Part shown: one piece after another, positions 40,361-52,589 of the stretch
Layout: each line of letters starts with the position of its first letter
Position numbering within the stretch: the first letter of the stretch is position 1
NCBI GenBank assembly: GCA_963817095.1
Contig: CAWFND010000008.1
Coordinates: 229,911 to 293,910 of the forward strand
DNA: 64,000 nt
Direction of reading: 5' to 3'
From: an uncultured Chloroflexia bacterium
GTDB taxonomy: Bacteria > Chloroflexota > Limnocylindria > Limnocylindrales > CSP1-4
Made by a program: the position numbers and the translations under genes
The notes under the pieces: generated by a model
Databases searched by the model: none
What the model was told of the DNA's origin: nothing
Seen by the model: the letters and a program-made list of their open reading frames with translations, nothing else

Positions 40361-41469
40361 CCGACGGCGGCCGTCTCCGCGGCCCGGGCGCGTTCGACAA
40401 GCGGCGTCCCGCTGCCGCCGTATCGCTCGGCGACGACCTCGGCGATGATCGCGAGGGCCGTCTCGGACGGGTTGCGCCCGCCCAGATCCAGGCCGACGGG
40501 GCCGCGCAGCCGCGCCAGCTCCTCGTCCGTCACGCCAGCCTCGCGCAGCCGTTCGCGACGATCGCCCTGCGTCTTCTTCGAGCCGACGGCGCCCACGTAC
40601 CGGCAGCCGCGGCGGAGCGCCTCGACGATCGCGGGCTCGTCGAACTTCACGTCGTGGGTCAGGACCGCGACGGCATCGTCCGGCCCCAGGCCGATCTCGT
40701 CGGCGACCTCATCCGGCCAGCCAACAACGAGCCGGTCGACCCGGTTGGACGGGAAGCGCTCCGGCGTCGCGAACGACGCCCGGCCGTCAACGACGACCAC
40801 TTCGTAGCCGAGCTCCTTGGCGAAGACCGCGAGCGAGCGGGCGACCTCGACCGCGCCCACGATCACGAGGCGCGGCCGGACCGGGAACGCCTCGACGAAG
40901 ACCTGGCGGTCGCCGATCGTGACGGTCCGGGACGTCCCGCGCAGGAGCGCGTCCGCGGCGGCCGAGCGCAAGGCGGCATCGTCGTCGGGCGAGCCCAGCG
41001 AGCCGTCCAGGGAGCCGTCGGTCGAGATGACGATCGGCTGGACCGGGACGCTCCCCTCCCCCGGCTCGAAGCGGCCGAACGCGGACGGCGGTGCGTCGGC
41101 GGGCAGCACGGTGGCGACGGCTCGCCCCCGCTCGCGGGCGCCCGCGATCGCGACACCCGGCACCGCCGGCTCGATCAGCACGTCGATCGTCCCGCCGCAT
41201 GCCAGCCCGACGTCCCACGCTTCCTCGTCGCTGATCCCGTAGCGGATCACGCGGCTGTGGCCGTCGGCACGGGCCCGCTCGATCTCGCCGGCCGCGGCCC
41301 CCTCGACGCAACCGCCGCTCACGGAGCCCGCGATCCGCCCGTCGTCGGCGCGGATCAGGACCGCACCCTCCGGCCGCGGCGCGCTCCCGAACGTCCGGAC
41401 GACGACCGCGCGCCCGCTCGCAACGCCCTCGGCGGTCCAGCCATCCAGGGTTTCCAGCAGCTCCTTCAT
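40357..41469 (-). CDS. XdhC/CoxF-family accessory protein
   Basis: XdhC_CoxI N-domain (RAVVVRTFGSAPRPEGAVLIRADDGRIAGSVSGGCVE) and the C-terminal Rossmann-like domain. ATGA overlap with the MocA-like gene. Confidence 0.8.
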   Translation of the reverse strand: MKELLETLDGWTAEGVASGRAVVVRTFGSAPRPEGAVLIRADDGRIAGSVSGGCVEGAAAGEIERARADGHSRVIRYGISDEEAWDVGLACGGTIDVLIEPAVPGVAIAGARERGRAVATVLPADAPPSAFGRFEPGEGSVPVQPIVISTDGSLDGSLGSPDDDAALRSAAADALLRGTSRTVTIGDRQVFVEAFPVRPRLVIVGAVEVARSLAVFAKELGYEVVVVDGRASFATPERFPSNRVDRLVVGWPDEVADEIGLGPDDAVAVLTHDVKFDEPAIVEALRRGCRYVGAVGSKKTQGDRRERLREAGVTDEELARLRGPVGLDLGGRNPSETALAIIAEVVAERYGGSGTPLVERARAAETAAVG

Positions 41470-41527
41470 CGGGTCGATCCTCTCGGGGTCACGGGGCGGG
41501 TGATGGTGTGAGTGGTCACGGCGCGGG

Positions 41528-42940
41528 TCATGTCGCTCGCGTCAGGGGTTGGGCCGTCGCCGGGTCGCCACCCAGCTCGAGCGGCGCGGGCGGCGCCACG
41601 CTCCGGATCGCCTGGCTCGATGCGCGGTCGCCGGCGTCGGCGGATGCGGCCGCCTCGCCACCGCGCCGGACGTCGCTCGACCGCACGCCCGCCAGGATCT
41701 CGCCGAGCCGCTCGAGGCTGGCCACCGTGCCGGCGGGGACGAAATCGTCGATGTACGGCAAGGCGGCCCGCATCCCGCCCGCGAGCGGCTCGTAGCCGGG
41801 CGTCCCGGCCAGCGGGTTGAGCCAGACGAGGCGGTGGCAGTTCCGGCGGAGCCGGGCGGTCTCGGTCGCGACGAGAGCCGGATCGCCGCGATCCCAGCCG
41901 TCCGACACGACGATGACGACGCCGCTCGTCCGAAGCGTCCGGCGCGCCCAGTGCAGGTTGAAGTCCCGGAACGATTCCCCGATCCGCGTCCCGCCCGCCC
42001 AGTCGTTGACGCTGTCGGCGACCTTCGCGAGGGCTCGGTCGCGATCCCGGTCGCGAAGGAGCCGTGTCACGCGGGTGAGCCGCGTCCCGAAGACGAACAA
42101 TTCGGTCTTCACCGACGACGCCGCCGACAGCGCCTGGACGAACCGGAGGAGCAGCCGCGAGTGACGCTCCATCGAGCCGGAGATGTCGCACAGGACGACG
42201 ATCTGGCGGGGCCGTTTCGTCGGGCGCCGCCAGACCCACTCGGTGAACTGGCCGCCGGTCGAGATGTTCCGCCGCATCATCGTCCGCGGCGAGAGCAGCC
42301 GGCCGTGGTGGTGGAGCTCGTAGCGGCGGGTCCGGCGCAGCTCCAGCCGCGGCTCGAGCAGGTCGACGAGCCGCTCCGCGTCGCGCAGCTCCGCCGCCGT
42401 CATCCGGTCGAAGTCGCGATGGCGGAGCAGCTCGCTCGACGAGTAGGCCGTCGGCGCCGCGATCACCCCGTCGATCTCGCTGTCGTCGTCCTCGTCGGAC
42501 GAGATCGGCATCGGGATCCCGTCGATCCGGTTGGGGTCCTCGCCGATCGTGCCCTCGTCACCGGCCGGCGAGGCGACGCCGTCCTCGGCCTGGGCCGCGT
42601 CGGGATCGTCGGCGGCCACGCCCGGGCCGTCGGTGTTCGGGCGCTTCCGGCCACGCCGCCGCCACCAGCGGGCGAAGACCTTGTCGTAGACCTCGCGGTC
42701 GTCGCGGCGCCGGACGAAGACCGCCTGGCCGGCGGCCCGGACCGTGTCGCGATGGCCGATGTCGATGAGGCCGAGGGCACGGGCGAAGTCGACGGACGCC
42801 CCGAGGTCGGTCGCGAGCCCGGCGGCCCGCAGCGCCCGGCCGAAGCCGACCGACTCCGCGAGCAGGCGGCGACCGTCGACCTCCGGGCCCCACGGCGCGC
42901 GGACGATCGCCGGGTCGTTCGGGATCCCGCGGCGTCGTCA
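41528..42940 (-). CDS. coxE: CoxE-like vWA-domain protein, apparent frameshift ~30 codons in (~42860)
   Basis: vWA MIDAS IVVLCDISGSMERHSRLL. The N-terminal block GRRLLAESVGFGRALRAAGLATDLGASVDFARALGLIDIGHRD continues the same frame upstream of the listed ORF. The only ATG (42940) is in the adjacent frame. Confidence 0.7.
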
Positions 42941-42967
42941 TCGCCGGCTGCTCGGTCGGGCCGCCGA

Positions 42968-43908
42968 TCAGGCGGTCGCGCCGGCCTCCGCGAGGTAGGC
43001 CCGGGCGGTGTCGCCGCGGACCCGCCGGATGTCCTCCTCGTACTTGAGGACGACGCCGAGCGTCTCGTCGACGACCTCGCCGGTCAGCTCGCGCGAGCCG
43101 AGCGACAGGAGCGCCGCCGCCCAGTCGAGCGTCTCGGCGATCCCCGGCACCTTCGTCAGGTCGGCCTCGCGCAGGCGATGGACGAAGCCGACGACCTCGC
43201 GAGCGAGCCGCTCCGGCGCCTCGGGAACTCGCGCGAGCACGATCTCGAACTCCTTCTGGGCCGTCGGGTAGTCGATCCAGTGGTAGAGGCAGCGGCGCTT
43301 CAGCGCGTCGTGGACCTCGCGGGTCCGGTTCGAGGTGAGGATCACCCGCGGCGGGCGGGCCGCCTTGATCGTGCCGATCTCCGGGACCGTGACCTGGAAG
43401 TCCGACAGGATCTCGAGGAGGTACGCCTCGAACTCCTCGTCGGCCCGGTCGATCTCGTCGATCAGGAGGACCGGGCGGCTCGCCGTCCTCGTCGGCCTCG
43501 AGGGCCTGGAGGAGCGGCCGCCGGATCAGGAACTCCGGGCCGAAGATGTCGTGGGCGTTGGCCCGGTCGGCCTGGCCGCGGGCTTCGAGCAGCCGGATCT
43601 CGAGCATCTGGCGCGGGTAGTTCCACTCGTACACCGCGGCGTTGACGTCGAGGCCCTCGTAGCACTGGAGCCGGATCAGGCGGCTGCCGAGACTGGCGGC
43701 GAGGACCTTCGCGAGCTCGGTCTTGCCGACGCCCGGCCTCGCCTTCGAGGAGGAGCGGCCGGCCGAGCCGGAGCCCGAGGAACACGGCCGTCGCGAGCGA
43801 GCGATCGCAGACGTAATCGCGGGCGCGGAAGCTCGCCACGATCCCGTCGACCGAGTCGAGGGCGTCGCGTCCGGCCGTGCCGGAGGAGGGTTCGGTGACC
43901 TGGGACAT
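42968..43908 (-). CDS. coxD: CoxD / MoxR-like AAA+ ATPase, broken into three frames (~43730 and ~43487)
   Basis: MSQVTEPSSGTAGRDALDSVDGIVASFRARDYV...LLLEGEAG | RPGVGKTELAKVLAASLGSRLIRLQCYEGLD...ALEADEDGEP | PVLLIDEIDRADEEFEAYLLEILSDFQVTVPEIG...ILTSNRTREVHDALKRRCLYHWIDYP. The second junction is GG versus G. Confidence 0.7.
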
Positions 43909-43918
43909 GGCGGCGATC

Positions 43919-46329
43919 CTACACCGCGACCTTGCCGTCCGCGCGCGGTGGCGGGAGGGGTGCCCCGAGGGCGGACAGGGCGCGCGCGATCGCGTCGTCG
44001 ATCGAAAGGGCGTCGCCCTCGGCCCAGGCGGCCTGCCACGACGCCTCGTCGCCGGACTCGCGCGCCATCCGGATCTCGGCATCGACCCGCCGACGGTCGG
44101 CGATCAGCATCGAGTAGCGGGCGTCTCGCCGGATCGCGGCCGCGGCGCCCCACAGCGTCGCCGCGGCGCAGCGATCGACCCGGAGCGCGACGATCCCGGC
44201 CGCCCCGTCGATCGCCTGGGCGACGATCCCCTTGGCGCCGATCCGGGCGGCGATCGCCGAGCGCCTCCGCCTGGAGCACGGCCGCGCGGTCAACGTTGCC
44301 TGCGGTCGCCTCGACGAACCCGAGGTCCGACAGGGCATTCGAGGTCTCGAGCCGGTCGCCGAGGTCGCGCGCGGTGGACAGGGCCGCCTCGCAGCTCGAC
44401 CCGCGCGCCGTCGAGATCGCCCGCGTCGAACAGGACGAGGGCGAGGTTGTGCCGAACGACGGCGACGCGCTGCCGATCGCCGAGCCGGTCGCGGGTCGAG
44501 ATCGCCTCTCGGAGCATCTCGGCCGCCCCTTCGAGGTCGCGTTCGTCGCGGGCAACGAGCGCCAGGTTGCCGAGCGACACGGACGCGCCGGAGTCGTCGC
44601 CGAGGCGCGCGCCGGATCGCGAGGCTCTCCTCGAACAGCACCCGGGCCTCGTCCGGCCGGCCGCCGAAGTGGATGACCCCGCCGAGCGTGTTGAGCGACG
44701 CCGCGACCGCCGCCTCGTCGCCGAGCGAGCGGCGGATCTCGAGACCCTGGCGGCAGCGCGCCTCGGCCTCGTGCGAGATCGCCGGTGTCGAGCCCGATCA
44801 GGCCGAGCTGGTTCAGCGTCGACGCGGCCTCGGCCTGGAGCCCGAGCTCGAGCCGGATGTCGAGCGCCTCCTCGAGCATCGTCCGCGCCCGACCGAAGTC
44901 GCTCTGCCAGTTCGCGAGCATCCCCGCGCCGTGCAGGGCGCGTGCCCGATCCGCGGTCCGGTCGGGCGGACCGAGACGCAGGGCGGCGTCCAGCCAGATC
45001 CGGCCCTCGGCGAGTCGACCGCGGGATCGCCAGTACTCGGCGAGGGCGCCGGTCATCCGCAGGAGGAACCGGCCCTCTCCGGCGGCCCGGGCGCGGTCGA
45101 GGGACGCGACGAGATCGGCATGGACGAAGTCGAGCTGATCGAGCAGGTCCCGTCGCGATCGCCGATGCGAGCTCGGCGTCCGCCATCTCGCACAGCGCGA
45201 GCAGGTCGTTCGCGCGTGCCCACATCGCCGCGGTCGCCTCGCCGCTGGCCTCGAGGCGACGGATCGCGTCCTCGCGCACGAGGGCCGGGAGCTCGTACTC
45301 GCGGACGTCGCCGCCGCGCGGATCGTCGGGTCCGGTGGCGGCCTCGGCCTCCAGGTCGTCGGGGCCGGCGCGAAGGAGACCGGCGGCGGCCAGCCGTCGG
45401 AGGGCCGGACCGACGTCCGGCGGCAGCTCGGACAGCCCGTGCGCCTGCGCTCGCTCGCCGAACGTCCGGACGTGGCGCTCCCGGAACGGGACGCCGAACA
45501 CCGAGATCCGGCGGTACAGCAGTCGGTCGTCCGGGGTCAGCTGGTCGTGGCTCCACTGGATCGTCGCGACGACCGGATCGAGCCGCTCATGGACCTGCTC
45601 GACCAGGCGATGCGCGGGAAGCATCCGCAGCAGCGGACCCGCCAGCTCGATCGCGAGGGGCAGGCCGTCGAGGTGGGCGACGAGCCGGGCGATCGACGGC
45701 GCGGTTCGCTCGTTGATCTCGACGTCCGCGCCGGCCCGCGTGGCTCGATCGATCAGGAGCTCCACCGCCGGGCTCGCCGCCACCGTCGCGGCGTCGTCGG
45801 TCTCGCGGGGCACCCGGAGCGTATCGACGGGGACGGACCGCATCCCCGTTCGGTCGATCGCGATCCGCGACGTCGCGAGCACGCGAAGCGGCGGTGCCAG
45901 GCTGACGAGCTCGTCGAGCCGCGCAAGATCGCGGGGCGACACCTCCGCCCGGTCGAGGACGACGAGGGCCGGCTCGTCGCCGATCGTCTCGGCAACGGCA
46001 TCCGCGACGTGATCCGGCTCACCGCCCGCGAGCCCGAGGGCCACCGCGGTCGCGGCGACGAGGCCGCCGTCTCGCGACGCCTGGCCCAGCGTGACCCACG
46101 CGATCCGCCCGCCGAATGGGACGGCGACCCGGCGCGCGACCTCGATCGCGAGACGGGTCTTGCCGACGCCGCCCAGCCCGCTCAGGAGGATGATCCGCGG
46201 CTTGCCGCGGATCAGGGCATCGGCGACGTCGGCGACCAGCTCGGCCCGCCCGATCAGGGTCGTCTCGACCTCGGGTGGGGCAGCGTCCGGCCAGGCCGGC
46301 GGCGGGGTTGGTGTGACGGATCGCGGCAT
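43919..46329 (-). CDS. NB-ARC (STAND) ATPase plus TPR-repeat protein, multiply frameshifted
   Basis: N-terminal LLSGLGGVGKTRLAIEVARR...LVVLDRAEV...LRVLATSRI is paralogous to the ATPase domain of 7276..9942. TPR-like blocks follow in two other frames (LNQLGLIGLDTGDLARGRGAL..., ...ASWQAAWAEGDALSIDDAIARAL). Confidence 0.5.
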
Positions 46330-46390
46330 CGGCCGGTCGAGGATACGGGGAACGCCTCAAGCGCACCCGGCCGGCGGCCGTCCGGCCGTT

Positions 46391-47441
46391 CTAGCCGTCG
46401 GGCGCGTCGAGCTCGCGCGCGTAGGCCGGGAATCGGAACCGCATCTCCCGGGTGAGCACACCGCCGTGGCCCAGGTGCGACACGGTGCTCCGGGTCGGCG
46501 GCTCGCCCGTGAGCAGGCGTGGCAGGAGCAGGTCGGCCGCGGTCGCCTTCGAGTAGGCGCCGCAGGTCGGCAAACCGAGGATCGCCGTTCGGCCGATCCG
46601 TCCGAGCCAGAGCATCGAGCCGGGATGGGCCGGCACGCCGCGGCGGACGATCCGTCCATCGAGGGCGTCGATCGCGGTGAAGAACGGATCGGACGGATCC
46701 GTGGAGCGGCCGCCGGCCGTGAGGATCACGTCGACCCGCCCGGGGCCCGCGCGCGACTCGGGCAAGCGATTCGCGTACGGCGTCGTCCTCGTCGACGACA
46801 TAGTCGATCGAGGTGATCCGCGACCCGAGGCTCTCGACCTTGGCCCGGACGCTCGTCTCGAACCGGGGCCGGTCGGCGCTGCGCAGTGACTCCTTGACGA
46901 CGACGGCGACGTCCCGCGGCACGAAGGGCGCGACGCGGAACAGGGGCCGCCGGCCGCCGGCCGCAATCGCCGCGCCCGCCTCGACGACCGCCGCCTCGAC
47001 GACATGCGGCGCGACCTTGACGCTCGCGACGAGGTCCCCCTCCGCGACGATCGAGCCGTCCAGCCGCGTGAACACCTCGAGCGGATCGAGACGGTTGACC
47101 CGCTCGAGCTCGGCGATCCGGACGTGGACGACCCCGTCGTGCTCGGCGACCAGATCCACCCTGCTCTGGACCGGGCCGCGGATCCGGAGACCCGGCCCGG
47201 TGACGGCCTCCGCGAGACGAAGGGCAGCATCGTCCTCGTGGAGGTCGCCGGGGTCGAGCACGATGACCGTGACAGGGCCGACGCCGAACGATGGATCGTC
47301 CGCGAACGCGTCGAGGTCCGCGGCGGACAGGCGCCGGCCCTTCGACCAGCGCTGGCCACCGACGACGATGTCGCGCGCGAGGACCGCCCCGACGAGCGCG
47401 GCGGGCGGGCGCCGGCCCGGCGTCAGGCGCTCGAGTCGCAC
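46391..47441 (-). CDS. molybdopterin-binding (MoCF-biosynthesis/CinA-like domain) protein, frameshifted near 46730
   Basis: N-terminal domain in one frame. C-terminal VDVILTAGGRSTDPSDPFFTAIDAL...ILGLPTCGAYSKATAADLLLPRLL (MogA/MoeA/CinA-type Moco-binding fold) in the adjacent frame. Confidence 0.5.
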
Positions 47442-47475
47442 CCGTGGATCGCCGGCAGGTGCAGAGGCCTGCCGG

Positions 47476-48333
47476 TCAGCGGAGCCGGTCGAGCGCCGCG
47501 CCGATCGCCCGCTTCGTGTACACCGCCGCCATCGCCGTCCGGTAGGCGCTGTCGGCGTGGATGTCGCCGTTCACGGTCACGCCGTCGGTCGCGTGGGCAG
47601 CCGCCGCGGCGATCGCCTCGGCGCCGCCGTCGGTCCCGGCGAGGGCCGCCTCGACCGCACGCGCCCGGTACGGCGCCTCGCCGACCCCGGTGAGGGCAAC
47701 GGATGCCTTCGAGATCCGGCCGTCGCCGCCGACGATCGCGACCACCGCGACGCCCACGATCGAGTAGCCGGAAGCCTTCTGGCTCATCGCCACGTAGGCC
47801 GAGCCCGCGTCGTCACGCGGTCCGGGCAGGCGGACCTCCGTGACGATCTCGTCGTCGGCGAGCGCCGTCGAGAACGCCCCGGTGAAGAAGCCGTCCGCGG
47901 CGTAGACCTTCTCGCCGCGCGTCGAGCGCGCGACGATCTCCGCATCGAGGGCAAGCAGGACGGCCGGCAGGTCCGATGCTGGATCGCAATGGGCGACCGC
48001 GCCGCCGACCGTGCCTCGGTTCCGGACCTGGACGTCGCCGATGTCCGGCAGGGCATCCCCGAGCAACCCGTAATGACGCGCGTCGGACGCGAGCAGCTCG
48101 CTGTACGTCGTCAGCGCCCCGACGGCCATCCGGCCGTCCGCCATCCGGCGGACGCCCTTCAGCTCGGCGATCCGGCCGATGTCGACGAGCCGCTCCGGGC
48201 TCGCCAGGCGGAGCTTCATCAGAGGCAGGAGGCTCATCCCGCCGGCGATGACCTTTGTGCCGGGCGTCCCGACGAGGCGCAGCGCCTCGTCGAGCGAGGC
48301 GGCCCGGGTGTAGTCGAATGTGTTCGGGATCAT
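47476..48333 (-). CDS. coxM: form II CoxM-like FAD-binding medium subunit
   Basis: MIPNTFDYTRAASLDEALRLVGTPGTKVIAGGMSLLPLMKLRLA... The listed ORF has a 153-codon R-rich spurious extension. The true ATG overlaps the coxL stop as ATGA. Confidence 0.85.
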   Translation of the reverse strand: MIPNTFDYTRAASLDEALRLVGTPGTKVIAGGMSLLPLMKLRLASPERLVDIGRIAELKGVRRMADGRMAVGALTTYSELLASDARHYGLLGDALPDIGDVQVRNRGTVGGAVAHCDPASDLPAVLLALDAEIVARSTRGEKVYAADGFFTGAFSTALADDEIVTEVRLPGPRDDAGSAYVAMSQKASGYSIVGVAVVAIVGGDGRISKASVALTGVGEAPYRARAVEAALAGTDGGAEAIAAAAAHATDGVTVNGDIHADSAYRTAMAAVYTKRAIGAALDRLR

Positions 48334-50750
48334 GCCCGGGCTCCCTTCGCGGACTCCATCGCCCGCCACACGGTCTGGGCGGTGAACGGCATGTCGAGGT
48401 GGGTGATCCCGAGCGGCGCGAGCGCGTCGTTGACGGCGTTCGCGACCGCGGCGGTGCTGGCGATGCAACCCGCCTCGCCGACGCCCTTCACGCCGAGCGG
48501 GTTGACGGGCGACGGCGTGACCGTCTCGTCGAGCTCGAAGTTCGGCAGCCAGGCGGCCCGCGGGAGGGCGTAGTCCATCATCGAGCCGGACAGGAGCTGC
48601 CCGTCGTCGTTGTAGACGGCCTGTTCCCAGAGCGCCTGGCCGACGCCCTGGGCGATGCCGCCGTGGAGCTGGCCGTCGACGATCATCGGGTTGATCTTCT
48701 TGCCGACGTCGTCGACCGCGATGTAGCGCTTGAGCTCCGTCTCGCCGGTCTCCTCGTCGACCTCGACGATCGCGATGTGGGTCCCGAACGGCCACGTGCA
48801 GTTCGGCGTGTCGTAGTAGGCGGTCTCGTCGAGATACGGCTCCATGCCGTCGGGAAGGCTGAACCCGAGGTCGATCGCGAAGGCGATCTCCTGGATCGTC
48901 TTCTTCTTCTCGGGCGAGCCCTTGACCCGGTACTCGGCGCCGATGATCTCGATGTCCTCGGGCGAGGCCTCCAGCATGTGGGCGGCGTAGCGGCGGGCCT
49001 TCTCCTTGACCTTGTCGGCGGCCTTGATCGCGGCGGTGCTGCCGACCGACGACGTCCGGCTGCCGTACGAGCCGTAGCCGAACGGCGTGCCCTGCGTGTC
49101 GGAGTGCTGGATGACGATGTCTTCCATCGGCACGCCGAGCTCATGGGCGATGACCTGGCTGTAGGTCGTCTCGTGGCCCTGGCCCTGGGGCTGGGTGCCC
49201 ATCGTGACGATCACCTTGCCGGTGAGGTGAACCTTGATGTTCGCCGACTCCCACATCGCGGCGCCCCAGCCCTCGCCGACCGCGCCGATCCATTTCGACG
49301 GCGCGACGCCGCAGACCTCGATGTACGTGCTGAGGCCCATCCCGAGGAGCTTGCCGCGGCCCTTCGCCTCGGCCTTGGCCTTCGCCAGGTCGTCGTAGCC
49401 GGCGGCGAGCAGGGCCTTGTTGAGCGCCGGCTCGTAGTTGCCCGAGTCGATGTAGATCTTCGCGCCGCCCGACGCGGTCCCGAGCCCGGACGGGTTCTCG
49501 TAGGGGAACTGGTCCGACGGGATGAAGTTCTTGCGGCGGATCGCCGCCCGGTCCATCCCGATCTCGTTGGCGAAGAGGTCCATCGCCCGCTCGACGACAT
49601 AGGTCGCCTCGGGCCGGCCGGCACCGCGGTAGGCGTCGACGAACGTCGTGTTCGTGTAGACGCCGGTCACCTCGGCGAAGACGTTCGGGATCTTGTAGCA
49701 GCCGGACAGGACCCGGGCGTAGAGGGTGGTCGGGATGCCGGGTCCGATGGTCGACAGGCGGCCGCCGAGGTTGGCGTACGTCTTGACCCGCAGGCCGGTG
49801 ACCTCGCCGTCGCGCTTGCCGGCGATCTCGAGATACGTGATGTGGTCGCGGCCGTGGATCGTGCTCTGGTAGTTCTCCGTGCGGGTCTCGACCCACTTCA
49901 CGGGCCGGCCACCGATCGCCTTGCTCGCCCACATGACGAGCGCCATGTCGGCATAGCAGAAGATCTTCGAGCCGAAGGCCCCGCCCACGTCCGGGCTGAT
50001 GCAGCGGACCTTGTGCTCGGGGATCCCGGTCACGAAGGCCGCCAGCAGGAGCCGCTGGATGTGCGGGGTCTGGCTCGACATCCAGATCGTGTACTCGTCG
50101 GTCCCGGGGTTGTACCAGCCGATGTCGCCGCGAACCTCCATCGGGTTCGGGATCAGGCGGTGGTTCACGAGTCGCTGCTTGACGACGACCTCGGCGTTCG
50201 CGAACGCGGCCTCGGTTCCGTCCTTGTCGCCGACGGTCCAGGTGAAGACCTCGTTGTTCGGCGCGTTCTCGTGGAGCTGCGGCGCACCCGGCTTCGTGGC
50301 CTTCTCCGCGTCGACGACCGCCGGCAGCGGCTCCCAGTCGACGTGGATCGCCTCGAGCGCGTCGACCGCCTGGGCCTCCGTCTCGGCCACGACGGCCGCC
50401 ACGCCCTCGCCGGTCCATTTCACGTCGTCCGTGGCAAGGATCCGCGGAGTGTTGATGTTGTTCTGGATCCCGGCCGAGCCGCCGGCCGGCCAGGCCATCG
50501 GGAGCGGGTTCCACGGGATGTCGGCGCCGACGAACACGGCCAGGACGCCGGGCATCGTCTTCGCCGCGGACGTGTCGATCGAGCGGATGTTGGCGTGCGC
50601 GTACGGGCTGCGGAGGATCGCGAGATGGGTCGTCCCGGCGAGGTGGATGTCGTCGAGATAGCGGCCCTTGCCGGTGATGAATCGCGGGTCCTCGACCCGC
50701 TTGATCGGTGCGCCGAGGACGTCGGGGGCCTCGGGAGTGTCGATGGCCAT
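48330..50750 (-). CDS. coxL: form II CoxL-like molybdopterin dehydrogenase large subunit (AYRGAGR type)
   Basis: An 806-aa intact ORF. Active-site loop VDAYRGAGRPEATYVVERAM. Confidence 0.9.
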   Translation of the reverse strand: MAIDTPEAPDVLGAPIKRVEDPRFITGKGRYLDDIHLAGTTHLAILRSPYAHANIRSIDTSAAKTMPGVLAVFVGADIPWNPLPMAWPAGGSAGIQNNINTPRILATDDVKWTGEGVAAVVAETEAQAVDALEAIHVDWEPLPAVVDAEKATKPGAPQLHENAPNNEVFTWTVGDKDGTEAAFANAEVVVKQRLVNHRLIPNPMEVRGDIGWYNPGTDEYTIWMSSQTPHIQRLLLAAFVTGIPEHKVRCISPDVGGAFGSKIFCYADMALVMWASKAIGGRPVKWVETRTENYQSTIHGRDHITYLEIAGKRDGEVTGLRVKTYANLGGRLSTIGPGIPTTLYARVLSGCYKIPNVFAEVTGVYTNTTFVDAYRGAGRPEATYVVERAMDLFANEIGMDRAAIRRKNFIPSDQFPYENPSGLGTASGGAKIYIDSGNYEPALNKALLAAGYDDLAKAKAEAKGRGKLLGMGLSTYIEVCGVAPSKWIGAVGEGWGAAMWESANIKVHLTGKVIVTMGTQPQGQGHETTYSQVIAHELGVPMEDIVIQHSDTQGTPFGYGSYGSRTSSVGSTAAIKAADKVKEKARRYAAHMLEASPEDIEIIGAEYRVKGSPEKKKTIQEIAFAIDLGFSLPDGMEPYLDETAYYDTPNCTWPFGTHIAIVEVDEETGETELKRYIAVDDVGKKINPMIVDGQLHGGIAQGVGQALWEQAVYNDDGQLLSGSMMDYALPRAAWLPNFELDETVTPSPVNPLGVKGVGEAGCIASTAAVANAVNDALAPLGITHLDMPFTAQTVWRAMESAKGARA

Positions 50751-50774
50751 CGGGGTGCTCCCTCGGCTCTCGGC

Positions 50775-51278
<504 letters not shown>

Positions 51279-51687
51279 GACTGGAGCCTCCTTCCAGAAC
51301 CAGGCCGACGGTCAGGCCGGCGCGGTGCCACTGTCCAGCGTCAGATGCGTCCGGGAGTGGCCTGAATCCTGCGCCGTTCGCGACGGTCGTGCAACGTCGT
51401 TTCGCGCATCGCCGCGAGGTTCCGCGAGCGATCCCTGGTGGCCCATCGCCCGAATCGCGGGGCGCCCCAGCTGCGGGCGACCCGCGCCCTCTCGATCCCG
51501 CCCCGTCCGCCGCGATCCGCTTCTCGGATGAACCTGGTGCGGGACTGGAGCGAACGTTGGCTCATGCGCTGCGTGTCAGGAATGGAGTCCGTTGATCTGA
51601 TCCGAGTTTCGTATCGGGGGTGCGCTGGGGGCGGCGTGGAGATCGGCAATCAATCGGTGGTGCAGTGGCTCCTGCTATTCAACGTCA

Positions 51688-52491
51688 GTGCCACACGCAT
51701 CCGAAGACCGGGCCCTGGATCTCGCCCGAGCGATCGGCGCGACCATCAGGACCGCACGCCGGGAGAGTCGTTGGTCGCAGGATGAGGTCGCGCGACGGCT
51801 CGGCTCCAGCCAAGCCGCCGTGTCTCGGCTCGAGGCGGGGAGCACACGGGATGTCGATGCCCGCCTGGCGTCGAAGGCCCTCGACCTCCTCGGCATCCGC
51901 CTCCTGTTCGACGGTCGGACGCTCGGGCTCGCCGGCCGACGCGAGCAGAACGATCTCGTTCATGCGGCATGCGCCGGTTACGTAGCACGGCGGCTCGGTC
52001 GGGCCGGCTGGCACGTCCTCCTCGAGGTCGAGGTCGGAGACGGCCGAGGTCGAGGCTGGATCGACCTTCTCGCCTTCCGCGAGAGCGATCGAAGTCTGCT
52101 GATCGTCGAGGTCAAGACCGAGATCATCGACGTCGGCGGCATCATCCGAACGGTGGGTTGGTACGGGCGGGAGGCATGGACGGCGGCCCGTCAGCAATCC
52201 TGGCGTCCGCGAACGGTCACCGCGGCGGTGTTGCTACTGGCGTCGACCGAAAACGATGCGCGGTCGCGAGCCAACCGAGAGGCGCTGAAGGCGGCGTTTC
52301 CCGCGAACGGCGCCGAGTTGGCAAGCTGGATCCGAAAGCCCGCGGGCCGTGCGCCCCGTGCGGCGATCGCCATGGTGGATCCTCGGTGCCGGGCAGCCGA
52401 CTGGCTGCGCTCGACAACGTCCGACGGCCGGCGACGCGCCGCTCCGTACGCGGATTACGGAGAGGCGGCTCGATGCCTTCGTCGGCGGTGA
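51688..52491 (+). CDS. XRE-family HTH transcriptional regulator with C-terminal domain
   Basis: HTH SQDEVARRLGSSQAAVSRLEAG. Divergent from coxS(II) with a ~410-nt intergenic region. Confidence 0.7.
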   Translation: MPHASEDRALDLARAIGATIRTARRESRWSQDEVARRLGSSQAAVSRLEAGSTRDVDARLASKALDLLGIRLLFDGRTLGLAGRREQNDLVHAACAGYVARRLGRAGWHVLLEVEVGDGRGRGWIDLLAFRESDRSLLIVEVKTEIIDVGGIIRTVGWYGREAWTAARQQSWRPRTVTAAVLLLASTENDARSRANREALKAAFPANGAELASWIRKPAGRAPRAAIAMVDPRCRAADWLRSTTSDGRRRAAPYADYGEAARCLRRR

Positions 52492-52589
52492 CCATCCGCC
52501 TCTCGGATCAAGAGGAGCTGCGACGGTCGTCGCCGGGTGACCGATGGCCAGTGACCGATCCTTGCAGTGTCGAAGTTGATCCGCTCGGA

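Noticed and set aside
41549-46012. 698-aa and 711-aa plus-strand ORFs across the coxE / coxD / STAND region
   Set aside because: They are antisense shadows. The minus strand carries the recognisable, though frameshifted, CoxE, CoxD and STAND proteins.
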